Below the pieces are notes generated by a model that had not been told where the DNA came from, searched no databases, and was given only the letters and a program-made list of their open reading frames with translations. A program made the translations under genes and the position numbers. Below are positions 38,772-51,608 of a stretch of DNA of 64,000 nucleotides, one piece after another. Within the stretch, counting starts at the first letter, position 1; the number at the start of each line of letters is the position of its first letter. Origin of the DNA: Azolla caroliniana (taxonomy: Eukaryota > Plantae > Polypodiophyta); NCBI GenBank assembly GCA_043228905.1, contig JBHGNT010000009.1, positions 1,054,001-1,118,000 of the forward strand. Direction: 5' to 3'.

Positions 38772-41158
38772 TCAAGCACTACCCCTTGTCAAAGGCACAT
38801 TGTGATTATGCTTTCCTTCATAAGTTGTCCGAACTGACCTTGGATCAGCAGAGGATCGCTCAACATGTTTCCTCACGCCACATCCTTGATTTGTACATTT
38901 GTAGTAGCTTCTGCAAGTCACAATATTTCAAAGGGTTAAAGAGTTTAATGATCATCTCAATCTTTCTCTCTCACACACACATATGCATACAATAGGGAAA
39001 TTTTTCTTAAGTCGTGCACGAAATACATCACACGCATTAATTATAAAAGCTATGACTTGAATGTGGAAACCATGTTGCAAATCAATCCACGCAAGCACTT
39101 CAATCTTTTAATTAAACTCTAGACTTGCATTCAATGCCCAAGGTTTAGTTCAGAGTTTTTTCAAAGCTTGCAGAAAGCTATCTATGGTAAGGAATTAATT
39201 ATGCATATATGATTAGATGCATCATATATGTTGAATTGAAGATCTATATTAAAATTTGAAATTTATATTTGTATATGGTTTCATTGCTAAAACAAAATCA
39301 TACAAAAATTTGTCAAAAGAGAGTTCACACCTGGGAAAATTATGGCCTTTGACTACCTTCTGGCCATATTTGCGCCATCTATACCCATCATCGAGAATAT
39401 CAACTTCGCTTATTGTTTGTACAACTACACGGGGCTCGCGAACAGTTGTGATTGGTACTGGATAGGAATGTGGCATTTCCCCACCGCTGTCCATTCTCCT
39501 GATACATTAAACAATATAGGTGATACATACTCTTCAGGAAGCATACTGGAGGGTTCTAAAACACAAAGCAAAAGAAAGAAGTAAACAAAAAAAGATACAA
39601 TTCAAGGAACCCAAATGAGATGGCAATAATACCTTCGGCGCTTCGAGTCTTGTTCTTCTTCACATTCACTTTTGGTTTCACCTTCTTCATCGCTAGGGGA
39701 ACAGAACGATTGTTCAGGAGTTCCGGTCAATCCGGTATGAGAAATAACCACTGATGAAGAGGAGAAATCAGCTGAATTCTTATCTGAATCCACCTTTTCT
39801 TCATGTGCTTGCAATTGGATCCCTCTCTCTTGAATCATCATGTGGGCAGGATTTCGTGATGATCTCCGTGTTGTTTGTGGCTTTGGGTGGTTATGTTCCC
39901 CTTTGTATGTAATTTCAGTTATTTCTCCTTCATGAGAACATTCCACATGCTTCTTCACAAGACAATGAGGATGAGTACATTTATAATAGCTGCGAGGACG
40001 CTCGGTACCTTTTAATTGCTTTTGCCCATACTTCTTCCAGTTATACCCATCTGAAGAGGGCCTTCCATTCATAGATAACCCATGATGAGCTAGAATCATT
40101 TCAGTTTCAGTGGACTTTTTATGAGGCTCAGATGTTTGTGCTCTCATATTATTTAATGTTTCATGGCACCCTTGAGTGTTCATGTATGGATCTGGCGAAT
40201 CAGAATTCAACATTGACGCATCGCTAGTTGGTTGATCAGTGGGTTTATTTTCAAATTCGAAAGCCTCTTCGTTTGAAATTCCAAATGATCCCTACAGAAA
40301 AACATTCATTGCTTTGATACTAACCTTATTGATTATAATACCAAAAATTACTGATTCTAAATAAGATATAGCAAGACTCACTGTGCCATTTATGTGAGAA
40401 AACCCAGTTCTCGCTACTATAGGGTGTGGCCGAAAGACAAAGTCATTGGATTGTTGGGCACTGTTCTCATTAGTTTTATCACCATCATCAGTTTCTATTC
40501 TCTTTTCAAGAGTGTTCAAAGATGCCAAAAATGAGCCAGTGGTGGGAGAAGGATCAGCCTACATTTTAGAAATACATGTAAAGAATTTTATCAGAAGAAT
40601 CTTCAATTGACACCAAATGTATAAATGAATTAAGATCAAGTATAGAAAAGAAGTAAACAAAATAAGACATACCAATCCTGCAGTAAAGAGAACAGGAGAC
40701 TCTAATAGCATTGTTGGGCTGAGTCCGGGCGGGAGAGTAAAATACATAGAAGGAATTGGTAGCCTCGATGGCATCATTGACTTGTATCGTGCAGTGTTAT
40801 TGCCAGACAGAGAAAGATTCCCTGCAGATTCATCTCTGTCATCCAATACATTTTTGTCGGATTTTTCATCAGGATTTATATCCGAGCTAGTTGTACCATC
40901 TTTATTATCATTCACATTATGATTGAATCCTTGTTCGCTGCCTAGCCAAGGAAAAGTAGGCGATTCCATGTTTGAAAAGGGTCTTACATCTGTATAATAT
41001 GGCTCATGCTCAGAAAATATGCTAGAACTGTAGGTCATTGGGTTTGGTGTAGTGTCATCACATCCACCTCGAAGAAAAGCGTGATTTGTATTACTGTTGT
41101 GTGGTGAAACGACTAATGCTGGACACGAATTAGCTGTTGCAATGCCACCTTCTCCCAT
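38772..41158 (-). CDS. Group I WRKY transcription factor, about 542 aa. Exons 41158-40673, 40558-40382, 40291-39633, 39498-39331, 38910-38772; 5'UTR exon at about 42590-42424
   Basis: N-terminal [39 protein letters not shown] (SP cluster); [16 protein letters not shown] with C2H2; [20 protein letters not shown] with the conserved R-type intron and C2H2 (CTNQGC..HNH). Confidence 0.95.
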
Positions 41159-42599
41159 AATGTTTTGAGAGGAGGTTTTTTGTTGGGCTGCAGAATGTTT
41201 TGTATAAATTCACCATTACTAAACAAAAAATATTAATTTTTTAGGAGATCTTATAATTAAAACCAGAGCTTGGTCTAGTAAATTTTAATGATGAAATTGT
41301 TAGAATCATAGACCCAACATTACAAACTCTGAAGAGATCATATATGCATACATATATACATACATACATACTCACAGATATGCATCCTACATAAATATGT
41401 ATGTACACAGATACATACACATTCACAGTTACATACCTATATACCTACACACAAATACATACGTAAATACATACATACAGCCAGCCAGCCATACAATCAT
41501 ACATACACATACCCATATATACACCTAAATGCTCATGAAAATATGTGCTCCAAGTATGACTTTCACATCATTTTCTAATTATATTCTACTCTTTTGGGGA
41601 TAAGTCCCATTTTTATTCATTAAATTTGAAGTATTTTTGCACAAGATTACAAGAGAAATAGCACAACTTTTTGCATCATTCTATACTTAAATTCTACTTC
41701 TTTGCAGACAAATCTTAGATTTTATGGTTTTATAAGAGGAGATTTTCATAACTTTACACTAAAAGATAAGAATCTAAAATTAAAAACCTCAAACTTGATG
41801 CTTTTGAAAGACATGATTATGATAAATGTAACACACATGACATCATTGTATACTCAGAATCATCTTCTTCGTTAAAAACTTTAAATTTGTAATTTTGAGT
41901 ACACAACTCGAGTGAACTAACATACTCACATAATGTTACACTGAAATTCTACTTCTTTGTTAAAAAACTTCAACTTTGTAATTTTGAGACACAATTACAA
42001 GTGAACTAACACACTCACATAAATTACCACTTAAATTCTACTTCATTGAGGCTAAGTTCCACTTCTTCATTACCAGAAACTTCCAATTTGTAGTTCTACA
42101 TACAGGATTAACAAGAAAGCTAACGCACATTCATCATTCTATACTTAGACTGCAACAATTGGATGGGGGGGGGGAAGCTTCCGATTCCTTGTTTCAGAGA
42201 AAGGAAATCTTCAACACATTCAGGTCTAAAAGGCTAAAAATTACAAGAGGGAGATAACATTAGATCCAGAACACGTCTAAAAAACTTTTGTGACAGAATT
42301 ACAAAAGAAGAAGAAGAGGGATTCTACACGATATAAGAATGCCAGAAAAAACATTGAAGCCAAAATTTGCCATGATTTGAATTAAAAAGGGGAGAAAGAA
42401 AGGAAAAGGAGGTAATGTGCTACCTGAGGAGAAGTAAACCGAGGGGAGAAGGACAGAGTTTCCTTTGATGATGATGCTTCTGCTTCGGCTTCTGCTTCTG
42501 ATTCTGCTGTTGAAAGGGAAGAAAGACTGAGTCCACTACTCTGCGCAGAGAAAGGGAAGGCTTTTGGATTTGAAGGAGAAAGGAGGAGGAACAGGGGAG

Positions 42600-42666
42600 C
42601 CCATATTTATAATTTCTCCATATCACAATCATTTCTTTGCTTTTATTTTAATTACAAAATTGACTA
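42600..42666 (-). promoter_or_regulatory. Candidate TATA box and nearby W-box of the WRKY gene
   Basis: Minus-strand TATAAATA at about 42604-42611, just upstream of a pyrimidine-rich 5'UTR exon; TTGACT at 42660-42665. Confidence 0.5.
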
Positions 42667-45399
42667 CTTTACTTATTATTATTTTTCTCTCCACCAATAA
42701 AAGTCCTTCTCTTTTATTTTATTTTTTTAAAAAAGACGACGAAGAAGAAGAGAACAAATATTTATTTAAATTATTATTTAAATCTATCTATTTTAATCTT
42801 AGTGCATTCAGTGTATGCTCCCTATTTGGTTTTTGAACATTCTCGGTCGATTCGCTCTATTCAAAATGATGGTCATCGGACACGAGAGATGAGAGTTTGG
42901 GAGAGTGGGAAGAGACTGACCATTCGGCCGGCACCAAGTCTTTGTGTGAATACTGCCCACTAGCCTCCTGATCTTTTGTGGTCTATAAATCCATCCAATG
43001 TTGTCTGTACCCCAGCATTATTTACCTACCCTCTCGAGATCGGGATGCTACAGATACCCACTAGGAAAAGGTGTATTGTATAACGGCTGTGCTAATGAAC
43101 AGGTTTCTACTTTTCAAGTTCACCTTACATTCCACACGGTGCCCCTACTAGAAAGAAGCTTGCTCGAGGTTTCATATTTGGAATCATGATGAATAGAATT
43201 GTTGAAAAGATGCCATGGAGAATTAATTGAACTCAGTTGAAATGTTGTTTGCCCACCCCCGGAATTCAAATAGCAAGAAAAGTTTGGATTATTTATTTTC
43301 TACATTGAACATTTTGTTTCTTACCATATATATTGTGCATTACTTCGTCACATTATGTGGGCTACTTTCCCGAGGGCTACTTCCTTGTCATCAAATTTCT
43401 AGTGCCTTTACTATCTATCTCCTTTGAATTAGTCAACAAAACAGTTTCTAGAACTTTGGACTTTAGAATTACAATGTTTTCCACATTCCTAAAACCTCTC
43501 ACATATGGTGGCAAAAAAGTTTTTAGATTCCTTATCCTTTTGACTTTCGATCATTTGAGGTTCTATCTAGCCTTTGAGTCACCCAACATGGTAAATCTTT
43601 ATTGCTAGCTTGCTTGTTTTGAAAGGCATCTTCATCATTATTATGAGAAGAAGTCTTATTATTTATACATGCTTGTAAGCAAACTTACATTAAGGATAAT
43701 TGCTTTGTATGGTGCAAGAAAAATTTAAAGGAAATGTTGTAGCTTCCAACTACTGGCCTATATATATCCATGCAACTCTTTGTCCTATTAACATCTTGCA
43801 ATATTTTCAATAAGAGTGTGAACATGTGGATGATACACATGTATGTGCGTGTCCTTACATGTGTTTGTACACAAATCAATGTGTATACCATCACACATGG
43901 ATGAATAAGTAAATATGCATGTATGTATGAGATTAGTGTTATAGATATTCATTCTATGGTTACATCTATAACCGACTTAATTATATTTCCTATCTGAGGA
44001 ACTCACCATCATACATTGCTTAATGCGAGAAATCACAAAAATGAGAGCTTTGCAATCAAGAAATAGGAGTGTAACATTTGTTTCATGAGAGGAAAAGATT
44101 GAGTCATTGTGCTTGGTAGATATGGCAATTTGCAAACATCTAGATGAAGTTAATGAATCTTAAGAAACTAAACATATCAAATTCCAAAGTTTGCTTTTGG
44201 AAGATGCAAGGGGTATTAGAGGAAGACTATTATGGAATGCCATCACATGACCTCATACAATACCCTAAGACAACAATCATTGTTGCAACGAGAAAAGATG
44301 AGGAAGAAAGTTGATATGAACAAGTGCCAACAAAGCCTTTGACATTACTCAATGAAGACAATGGTTAGGAAAGGTATGCACTAGTTGTAGTCATATTAGC
44401 TTAACAACCTCTTGCATTAAAATAAGCCTTAGTAGACAACAACAATGTTGTTAGTCAACCACTAAAAGTCATCACATTGTATACGTATCGGCTCCCTTAA
44501 GAGCACATGAGCTTACCTCCCTATCATCTCATACTTCTATAATGCGCTCTAGTGGTATGACTAAAATACAACCTTGTGAATATTTCTATTTTTGGTTTGT
44601 TCATATAGATCCAATTCCGATAACATGTGACATGCAACAACAGAGTTTGGAGGAGGAGATTTAAGCAAAAATGTTGACAATTAAGAAAAGGATTGTGGGT
44701 GCTCGATCAAGAGGAACATATGGCATCAATAAGTGGAAGTGTAAGCACTGACTTGTGGAAGTCACAACTATTAATGTAAGCAAAAATATAGTGCAACAAT
44801 GAATTACACTTATCAAAAGTCACTTCCATTTGGATCACTTTGAGGTTCTATATACTTTTCTTAAAATTGATGTGGAGCAAGTGTGAACTCTAGATCCAAA
44901 GAATATAATGGATGTGCAAGCATAGGTAAGATCTAATGCGAAAGCAATGTATGAAATAATCACGAGCATAATTGATTCAATGCTTTCGTTATTTAGTAGT
45001 GTTGAACACTTCAATTATTTCGTAAAGTCAAGATGAGATATTGGGTGAGATTAGGATCCAATACTTGAAAAATCTATATGCCCCCTAGGGGATGGTGGAA
45101 GATTAGAAGATGAAAATGTTTATAGTAAAGATAAAACATCATCCAACAGAGATATCTAAGGTTGGGTTGGTGAAGTTTGAAGAAAATCTACATGGAGGTG
45201 CCCACATGCTTCCTTTAGTTTGATTGCATTGTTAAAACTTGGCCATGAAAATGTGGAATCTCCTAGTTTCCTTCGAGGTGTTCTCTTTGTTACGTTAGGA
45301 GGAAGAGTTGTGAACAAGGATTTCTCTTTAGTAGGATCCAATTTCTTCATTGTCTACCATATGTGATCGAGAGAATGGTAGAAAAGGGAACTAATCTTT

Positions 45400-46795
45400 T
45401 ACCAAAAAATTTTAATTGGTTCTTAGGGGTTGACCAACCTTGGAACTCTTTCTTGGGTGTACACAGGTTATTTCCTAGGGAAACTACTTACTAGGAATTT
45501 GAAAGAGCTTGTAATTTGAAGGATACTATTCTTGAAGTTGGACCATCAAATCTAGTTCAAGTTTGTATGGATAATGCTGCAAATTGTGTGGTTGCGAGAC
45601 ATATTATAGAAAAGGAGTGGCCATCTATAATTTACACTAGATGCACTTGCCATTGTGTTGATTTGTTGTTGGAGGATATTGCCAAATGTGGTTGGATTGA
45701 TGCCATTTTGCGGTCAACTATGAAGATTAGTGGTTTCATAACTAGAAAACAATATGCTTTGGCCATGTTTCGCAAGTTTAGTGGGAAAGACTTGCTTAAA
45801 CCTTCTACGACTAGGTTTTCTTACAGTTTTATTGTGTTATCGAATTTGTTGGATGATAAAGTATATGGTGGTTTGAGAAGAATGGTGGTTAGCGAACAAT
45901 GGTGTTATTGGAATGGTGCTAAAACACAGAAAGCAAAGGAGATTATGTCAATTGTATTGGATGTTAACTTTTGGGTAGATGTAAAGATGATTGTCAAGGT
46001 ATGCAAACCAATTTTAAAGCTTCTTCATTTGACTGATAGGGAAGGTGCTACAATGGGATTGATTTATCAATTTAAACAACAAATGTTGATGGATATAAAC
46101 AATATGGCAGAAATTGATCCTATCAAGCTTGATGAGATAAAAGGGTGTTGCATACATAGACTAACAATGTTGGAATCTCCATTGCAGGCAACGGGATATG
46201 TCTTGCATCCTTTATGGACAACAAATGGTCAAGAAATAGATCATCATCTACAAATGGGTTGGATGAAAACAATCATGCTTTATGCTAGTGGTAATATAGT
46301 TTTACAAAATGCTTTGTTAGATGAGTTTTATGCATATAGAAAACAAGCATAAGATTTGTTTCAAGTTCCATTAACAAATGATGCTAATAGATTAAGCACA
46401 CCAATCAAATGGTGGGAAACTTTTGCAATTAGAGTGTTATCTCAAGGTACAAGTGCATCGTCGTGTGAAAGGAATTGGAGTACATTTTCATTAATGCATA
46501 CTAAAAGGAGAAATAGATTGAGTCCAAATCATGTGAGAAATTGGTTTTCTTGCACACAAACCTTTGTATTCTTGAGAACATTAAAGAAAGAGGTTTCAAT
46601 CCTATTGAGGTTACTATTGACATGATTGAGAAAGAAAATAATGACGAACGGTTATTGGTGTTGCAAAGTGAACAAGAAACACAAGAAGTTGATGAAAATG
46701 AGAGTTTCACCAATGTGATGGCTTATCTTGAGGATAATGCACAAGATGAGGATGATGATTTTGAAGATGATGATATCAACTTGAATGAAGATTAG
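45400..46795 (+). mobile_element. hAT transposase pseudogene (DUF659 and dimerization domain)
   Basis: EVGPSNLVQVCMDNAANC, CTCHCVDLLLEDI, LLKPSTTRF, PIKWW, AIRVLSQGTSASSCERNWSTF...KRRNRL; contains stops and frameshifts. Confidence 0.9.
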
Positions 46796-46989
46796 GAATG
46801 TTCGTTTTACTGTAACAACTCATTCAAATTTATTTTTGAAGACTAGGCATTTTGGATATTTGTTACTAGAATTTACGAAAAAAAGCATATTGTTATTAAG
46901 ATAATAAGAAGGTAATGTGGTTTTTCCAATTTTCTTAACATTTTTACCTTGAAAAAATATTTACCTTATAGTAAATAATCAATCCAAAA

Positions 46990-49190
46990 GTATGGTATTT
47001 ACCATTCTTCGAGGATGTTTACCATACTCGAATGATTGAAACATTCTCGAATGTGAATGCACGTATGGTACATATAGTTCATACTATGATTTGGAAAGTC
47101 GGAGATCTTGGTGGTCGGACACCTATGTGGGTCATACGGTAGGAAACCATCTTTAGCAAAGGTCGAAGCTATTTCGGCGATGAAGGAAGGATGCAAGTCG
47201 ACCACAGAGGTTCGACGATTTTTGGGGGCCCATGCCTTCTACCACATTTGGATCCCGCACTACGTGCATATTGCCAAGCCACTCTTAGACAACTTACTGA
47301 AAAAAAGTTGGAAGTTCAAATGGGGCGAAGAGTACACGGAGGTTGTGAGGAGACTAAAGGGCATGCTGATGGCAGCACCAACTCTCCGGAAGCGGTCTAT
47401 GGGAAAGAATCCCCAATTTATGTGACGGTCGACACCAGTCTGACTGAAATTGGATGGGTAAGAAATTAGGAGTAGGAAGGCGGTACATTGTTCGTCATCC
47501 AATTCAAAGCTAAAATTTTGATTGAGTGACAACGAGGATATGCCTAGGTCAAGGGGGAGCTATGAGGGGGAGCTATGGGGTATCATTTTAGTGGTAAAGG
47601 CCGACAAGGACTATCTAATCGGGACGGAGGTGATTATCGAGATGGACTGTCTCCTGATCCTCGGGATGATATCTGGATGCGCGACTCTAGATTTGGCTAT
47701 GCTCAAATGGATCGCGTACATTAAGTCCCCGAATCTGGAAATTCGACATATTTCCGGAAAGGACAATACTATGGCCGATATTCTATTGAGAACATAGTTA
47801 GAAGGAGAGGACGGCATGGTATCAGAGGATGAGGAATGAACAGAGCACTTTGACCCTGCACGCGTTCAACAAAGACGACTACGAAGCGGAGTGGTTGTTG
47901 GTCGGGAAGTTCTTGAGCAGAATGGTACCAGATGCGTCGTGGATGAAGGAAGAGGTGGACCATATTTGGAAGAAGGATTATAGGTACTTTTGGCGACACC
48001 CGAAGAAAGGGACCAGAACACTACTTCGAGTTGTGACACGTAAAGAGGACTAGTCAGTGCTGCTGACGAAATTTCATGAGAGTCCTTGGTCTGGACATCG
48101 TGGGACTTGGGCATGTACAACGATGTGCATCACGTCGTGACGACGTGTGAAAGCTGCCAAGTACATTCCGGAATCCGTCACTGTGACGAGTTGCGTCCAA
48201 CCTACCCACCAACCATTCACTTCAATTGGATGGTCGACTTAGTGATGATGCTGATGCGGGTAGGCCAAATGAGGTACCTAATACTAGTGAGGGAGGATCT
48301 GAGGAACTAGGTGGAAGGACGAGCCTTGAAGAACAAGACGACCACAACCGTATGCCAGTTCCTGATCAAAGATGTGACCTGATGATACAAATGCGTGGGA
48401 ATAATTGTGGCCGACCAAGGAGAGTTAGACGCGCACGAAGCTACAAAACTGTCTGAACGGCTAGGGGTCAAGCTCTCCCTCACAACGACATATAATCTGG
48501 AGGCCAATGGTAAGGGCGAACGGGGGCACAGGCTGATTGTGAAGGCCATCGTACATGCATGTGATGGTCGTGTCGGGAATTGGCCATGATTCCTGCCATA
48601 AACATTGTGGGCCGATCGAACTATGCATAGTTTAGTAACATGGTACATGCCGGCCGAGCTCATGTTCGGACAAAAGCCGATCATGCCAGTAGAGAGGACG
48701 ATCATTTAATGGATGGTGATCGACTGGTCGGACGAAATGAGTCGGGAAGAGTTGTTGGCCACGCGAACTCGACAACTCGAGAGGCATCCAGAAGACGTGG
48801 AGCGAGCACGGGAGAGGGTGAAGGAGGCGTGAATGAAGAACAAGGAACAGTTCGACGAGATCCACCGAATGCAACCAAGGAAGATCGAAGAAGTTGACTG
48901 AGTGTTGGTCTACGACTGTAGCCTCGACAACTAGCACCGGTAACGACGCGAAAATTCGCAAGGTGATTCAGGCCATACGTGGTGACGAGCACCATTGACA
49001 ATGCCATGTACCACCTCTCGGAGCTCGACGAGTCGAGGATGATCGTGGTGGTTGCGGGAAAGAAGGTCAAGCTCTTCAAGAAGCGGTAGGAGGCAAAACT
49101 GGATATGGAGATAGAGGACGAAGATGTTGATGAGGACGAGGAGCTAGATAAGGATTGGATAAGCGATGGTTCGAAGGAGGACGATTAAAA
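46990..49190 (+). mobile_element. Decayed Ty3/Gypsy pol fragment (RT end, RNase H, integrase), no LTRs
   Basis: TEVRRFLG, VTVDTSLTEIGW, IRHISGKDNTMAD, TCESCQ, WMVDLV, IVADQGE, YNLEANGKGERGH; many stops. Confidence 0.88.
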
Positions 49191-49231
49191 GGGTTGTAAA
49201 TAATTAGGTAATTAACAAAAGGTTAATTAAT

Positions 49232-49356
49232 AGGGAAAAGTACTAGGATACCCCTGGAAGTTCTTCTATTTTACCTTAATGCCCCTGGAAGTTCCAAATT
49301 TACCAAACTACCCCTATGTCCAAAAAATTACACTTTATAAAATTACACTTTCTCCC
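49232..49356. mobile_element. Short Mutator-like TIR remnant at the junction of two Gypsy elements
   Basis: GGGAAAAGTAC...TACCCCT and ...TTACACTTTCTCCC ends with repeated cccctggaagtt; no TSD. Confidence 0.45.
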
Positions 49357-49396
49357 AGTCTGCACGATACGCGTGCAATTCCACCGCTTGGGCTGC

Positions 49397-51608
49397 TCAT
49401 GCCATCCATCCTTTGTCCAATGTCGTTTTCAATTGCGTTGTAAACCGCTTGGTTTGTAGAAGGATACACACGTTGTCTGTGATGGCCTGACAACGTTTGT
49501 GTGCTTCTTCCACTGACTTCTTGAGGTTTGCGATTTCTTGCTGACTAACTGCCGTCGCTTCTTCATAAGTGCTCTTCATACCTGCCCACAGTTGGGATTC
49601 CTTCGCATGTAGTTCTTCAAATTTCCCCATTTCATTGTTTAGGCGGATTTCGAGCTGATGCCTTCTTTCCTGTTCGCCCACCAGCTGCTCGTCGAACCAT
49701 GCCTTCTTTTTCTCCAATAAGGCCCAGAGTCCCGCGATTGCCGCTTCCGATTTCTTCGCTTCCTACCGTAATTGGGCGTTTTCTTCTTTTGTTTGGGTGT
49801 GTTGTGCTGTCTCCGCAGTGAGTCTCTTTAGGGGTTTTTACTACCTTTTGGTCGTTGGCCCGGATGTCCTTTTCCCAGTCTAAGGACTGGCGAAGTTCAG
49901 CGCGGAGGCGGTCAATTTCTGATTCCACTAGTTGTACGACCCTTTTTGCTTTTGAGGCAATGGCAGTCTGAGCCTCAATCTCTTCCTTCAAGGCTTCGAT
50001 GGTGTGGTTTGGTGGTGGAGTTTCCTATTGTGCCGTAGTCGCGTTAGTTTCCAACTCCGCGATGCATTTGTTGGCCTTTTGCAGCTCGGCTTGGGTTAGT
50101 TTCACCTTCTTCCAGACATTCTTATTTTTAATGCTCATCTCCTTAGCGCCCGTGCTGACCTTTGCCAGTTCCCTATGGACTTCAACTAGGGCCGTGTTTA
50201 ATGGGGGTAGTTCAACCCCCATTCGGCGTATCCCGGCGTTCCTCCGTCTACCAACTCTGGCTAACTAGTCCTCATCGTCGCTCTCCGCCGTTTGTGTTAG
50301 GGCGCGCTCGATCATTTGGCGCTCCGCGTGCTCCGCGGTCATTCGGTGTGAGGCCTTTATCTGTTGCGTTGCAAAGAATTCCATGAGCTCAAAAGAGGTT
50401 CCGTACTACAAGAGTGCACTGAACTCATGGGCCGTGTCTGGGATATCCGGATATGCCAAAACCTTGCTTTCCGTCGTCAATACGGCTTTCCCTCGTTGGG
50501 ACTGGGCCGTAATGATCGGCCGTGGCTCCCAGATTATTTCGAAGGTGGTGTTGGGCTCTGTGGCTGCGGAACTGTCGCCTTCAATCGTTGTCTCCGCTGC
50601 CATGGGTACGTCTTTAACTAATCCCCGCCCATCTTTCCTATCCAATCTTTGCCGTTTCGGCCTGGGGCTATCCTGCCATGGTTCGGCGTCTAGCTCTGGT
50701 GCCGCTTCCGCGGAGCGCGCCGCCTACTCTTCTGGCGTTGTCCGTGTGTTCGGCTGGGCGGGTTGGGGTTCATCCTCCCACTCTGTGGCAGCTAACTCCG
50801 CTAACCTGCGCTTTGAGGTTCGGGGTGGCGGCGTGGGTCTACTGGAATGCGGTGCCGGCAAGTCTCGGGGTGGGAATAGTACCGTCAGGTATTGTTGTAT
50901 GATAGGCCTGAGCTTCTTGCCTCCTTGATACGCGTGCAGGCCTTCCCTTAACGTCGGCCCCGTGATGACTCCCCAGTCGACCACACGCCCTTCAAACGTA
51001 TCAATAATGATACCTGCCTTCTGCTTGGGCATCCCATATGCATTTACGTGTACGCATTCGACCTCTAATAGGAACTTGGCGACTTCACGGAAAAAGGGAT
51101 CCGGGATCTCCTTCGTTCTATAGGCCTTGGCGGAAGAGGAATATGGGCCGAAATACCTCTGCAGCGACGCCGCAGGGGGGATATCGAAATGCCTCTCACC
51201 TAGTGATGACAGGTCCAACTTTTTCCGGATGGAGGAGTTGGTGACCATGTCGATATTGAGCTTTTTGGTGATATCCAATGCATCCGGGTGTGGAGGTGCC
51301 TCTGCGACCCTGATGTACCCATCCAGGTGTTTCTCCACGAGCCATCGACGTAAGGCGGTAGAGATAAATATCGACATAGTTAGAGTAGGCTCGTGGGGAG
51401 GAGATTGGTGGTGGCGGTAGGCTTGAGCTCTGTGATTGGATGGAGGAGAAGGTGAGGGAGGGGAGTGATGAGAGCGCTGAGGGTTAGGAGGTGGATTTCT
51501 GTTTTGTGCAGAAGACCTTCTATTTCCTTCTTTTTGTGGCCTAGGGTTCATTGGGCGGTGAGCCATCGTGGTGCCGCGTGTTCTTGGTCTAGAAGTCTGT
51601 GCATGCAT
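49397..51608 (-). pseudogene. Additional sense ORF(s) 3' of the integrase: a Pro-rich leader, a globular domain and a long coiled-coil region, now fragmented
   Basis: ORFs 51608-50724, 50645-50406, 50222-50025, 49991-49632 and 49717-49397 lie on the same strand as pol and form a collinear series. Confidence 0.6.

Larger units (their letters stand above)
30753..40463. repeat. Tandem segmental duplication, copy 2 (about 9.7 kb including the LINE)
   Basis: As for copy 1. It differs by a 510-bp deletion, 120 bp fewer repeat, a LINE of about 2 kb and a 109-bp local duplication. Confidence 0.95.

Noticed and set aside
22489-40463. Duplication as a haplotype or assembly artefact
   Set aside because: The copies differ by many SNPs, a LINE and several indels, and have a unique microhomology junction; long-read confirmation is still advisable
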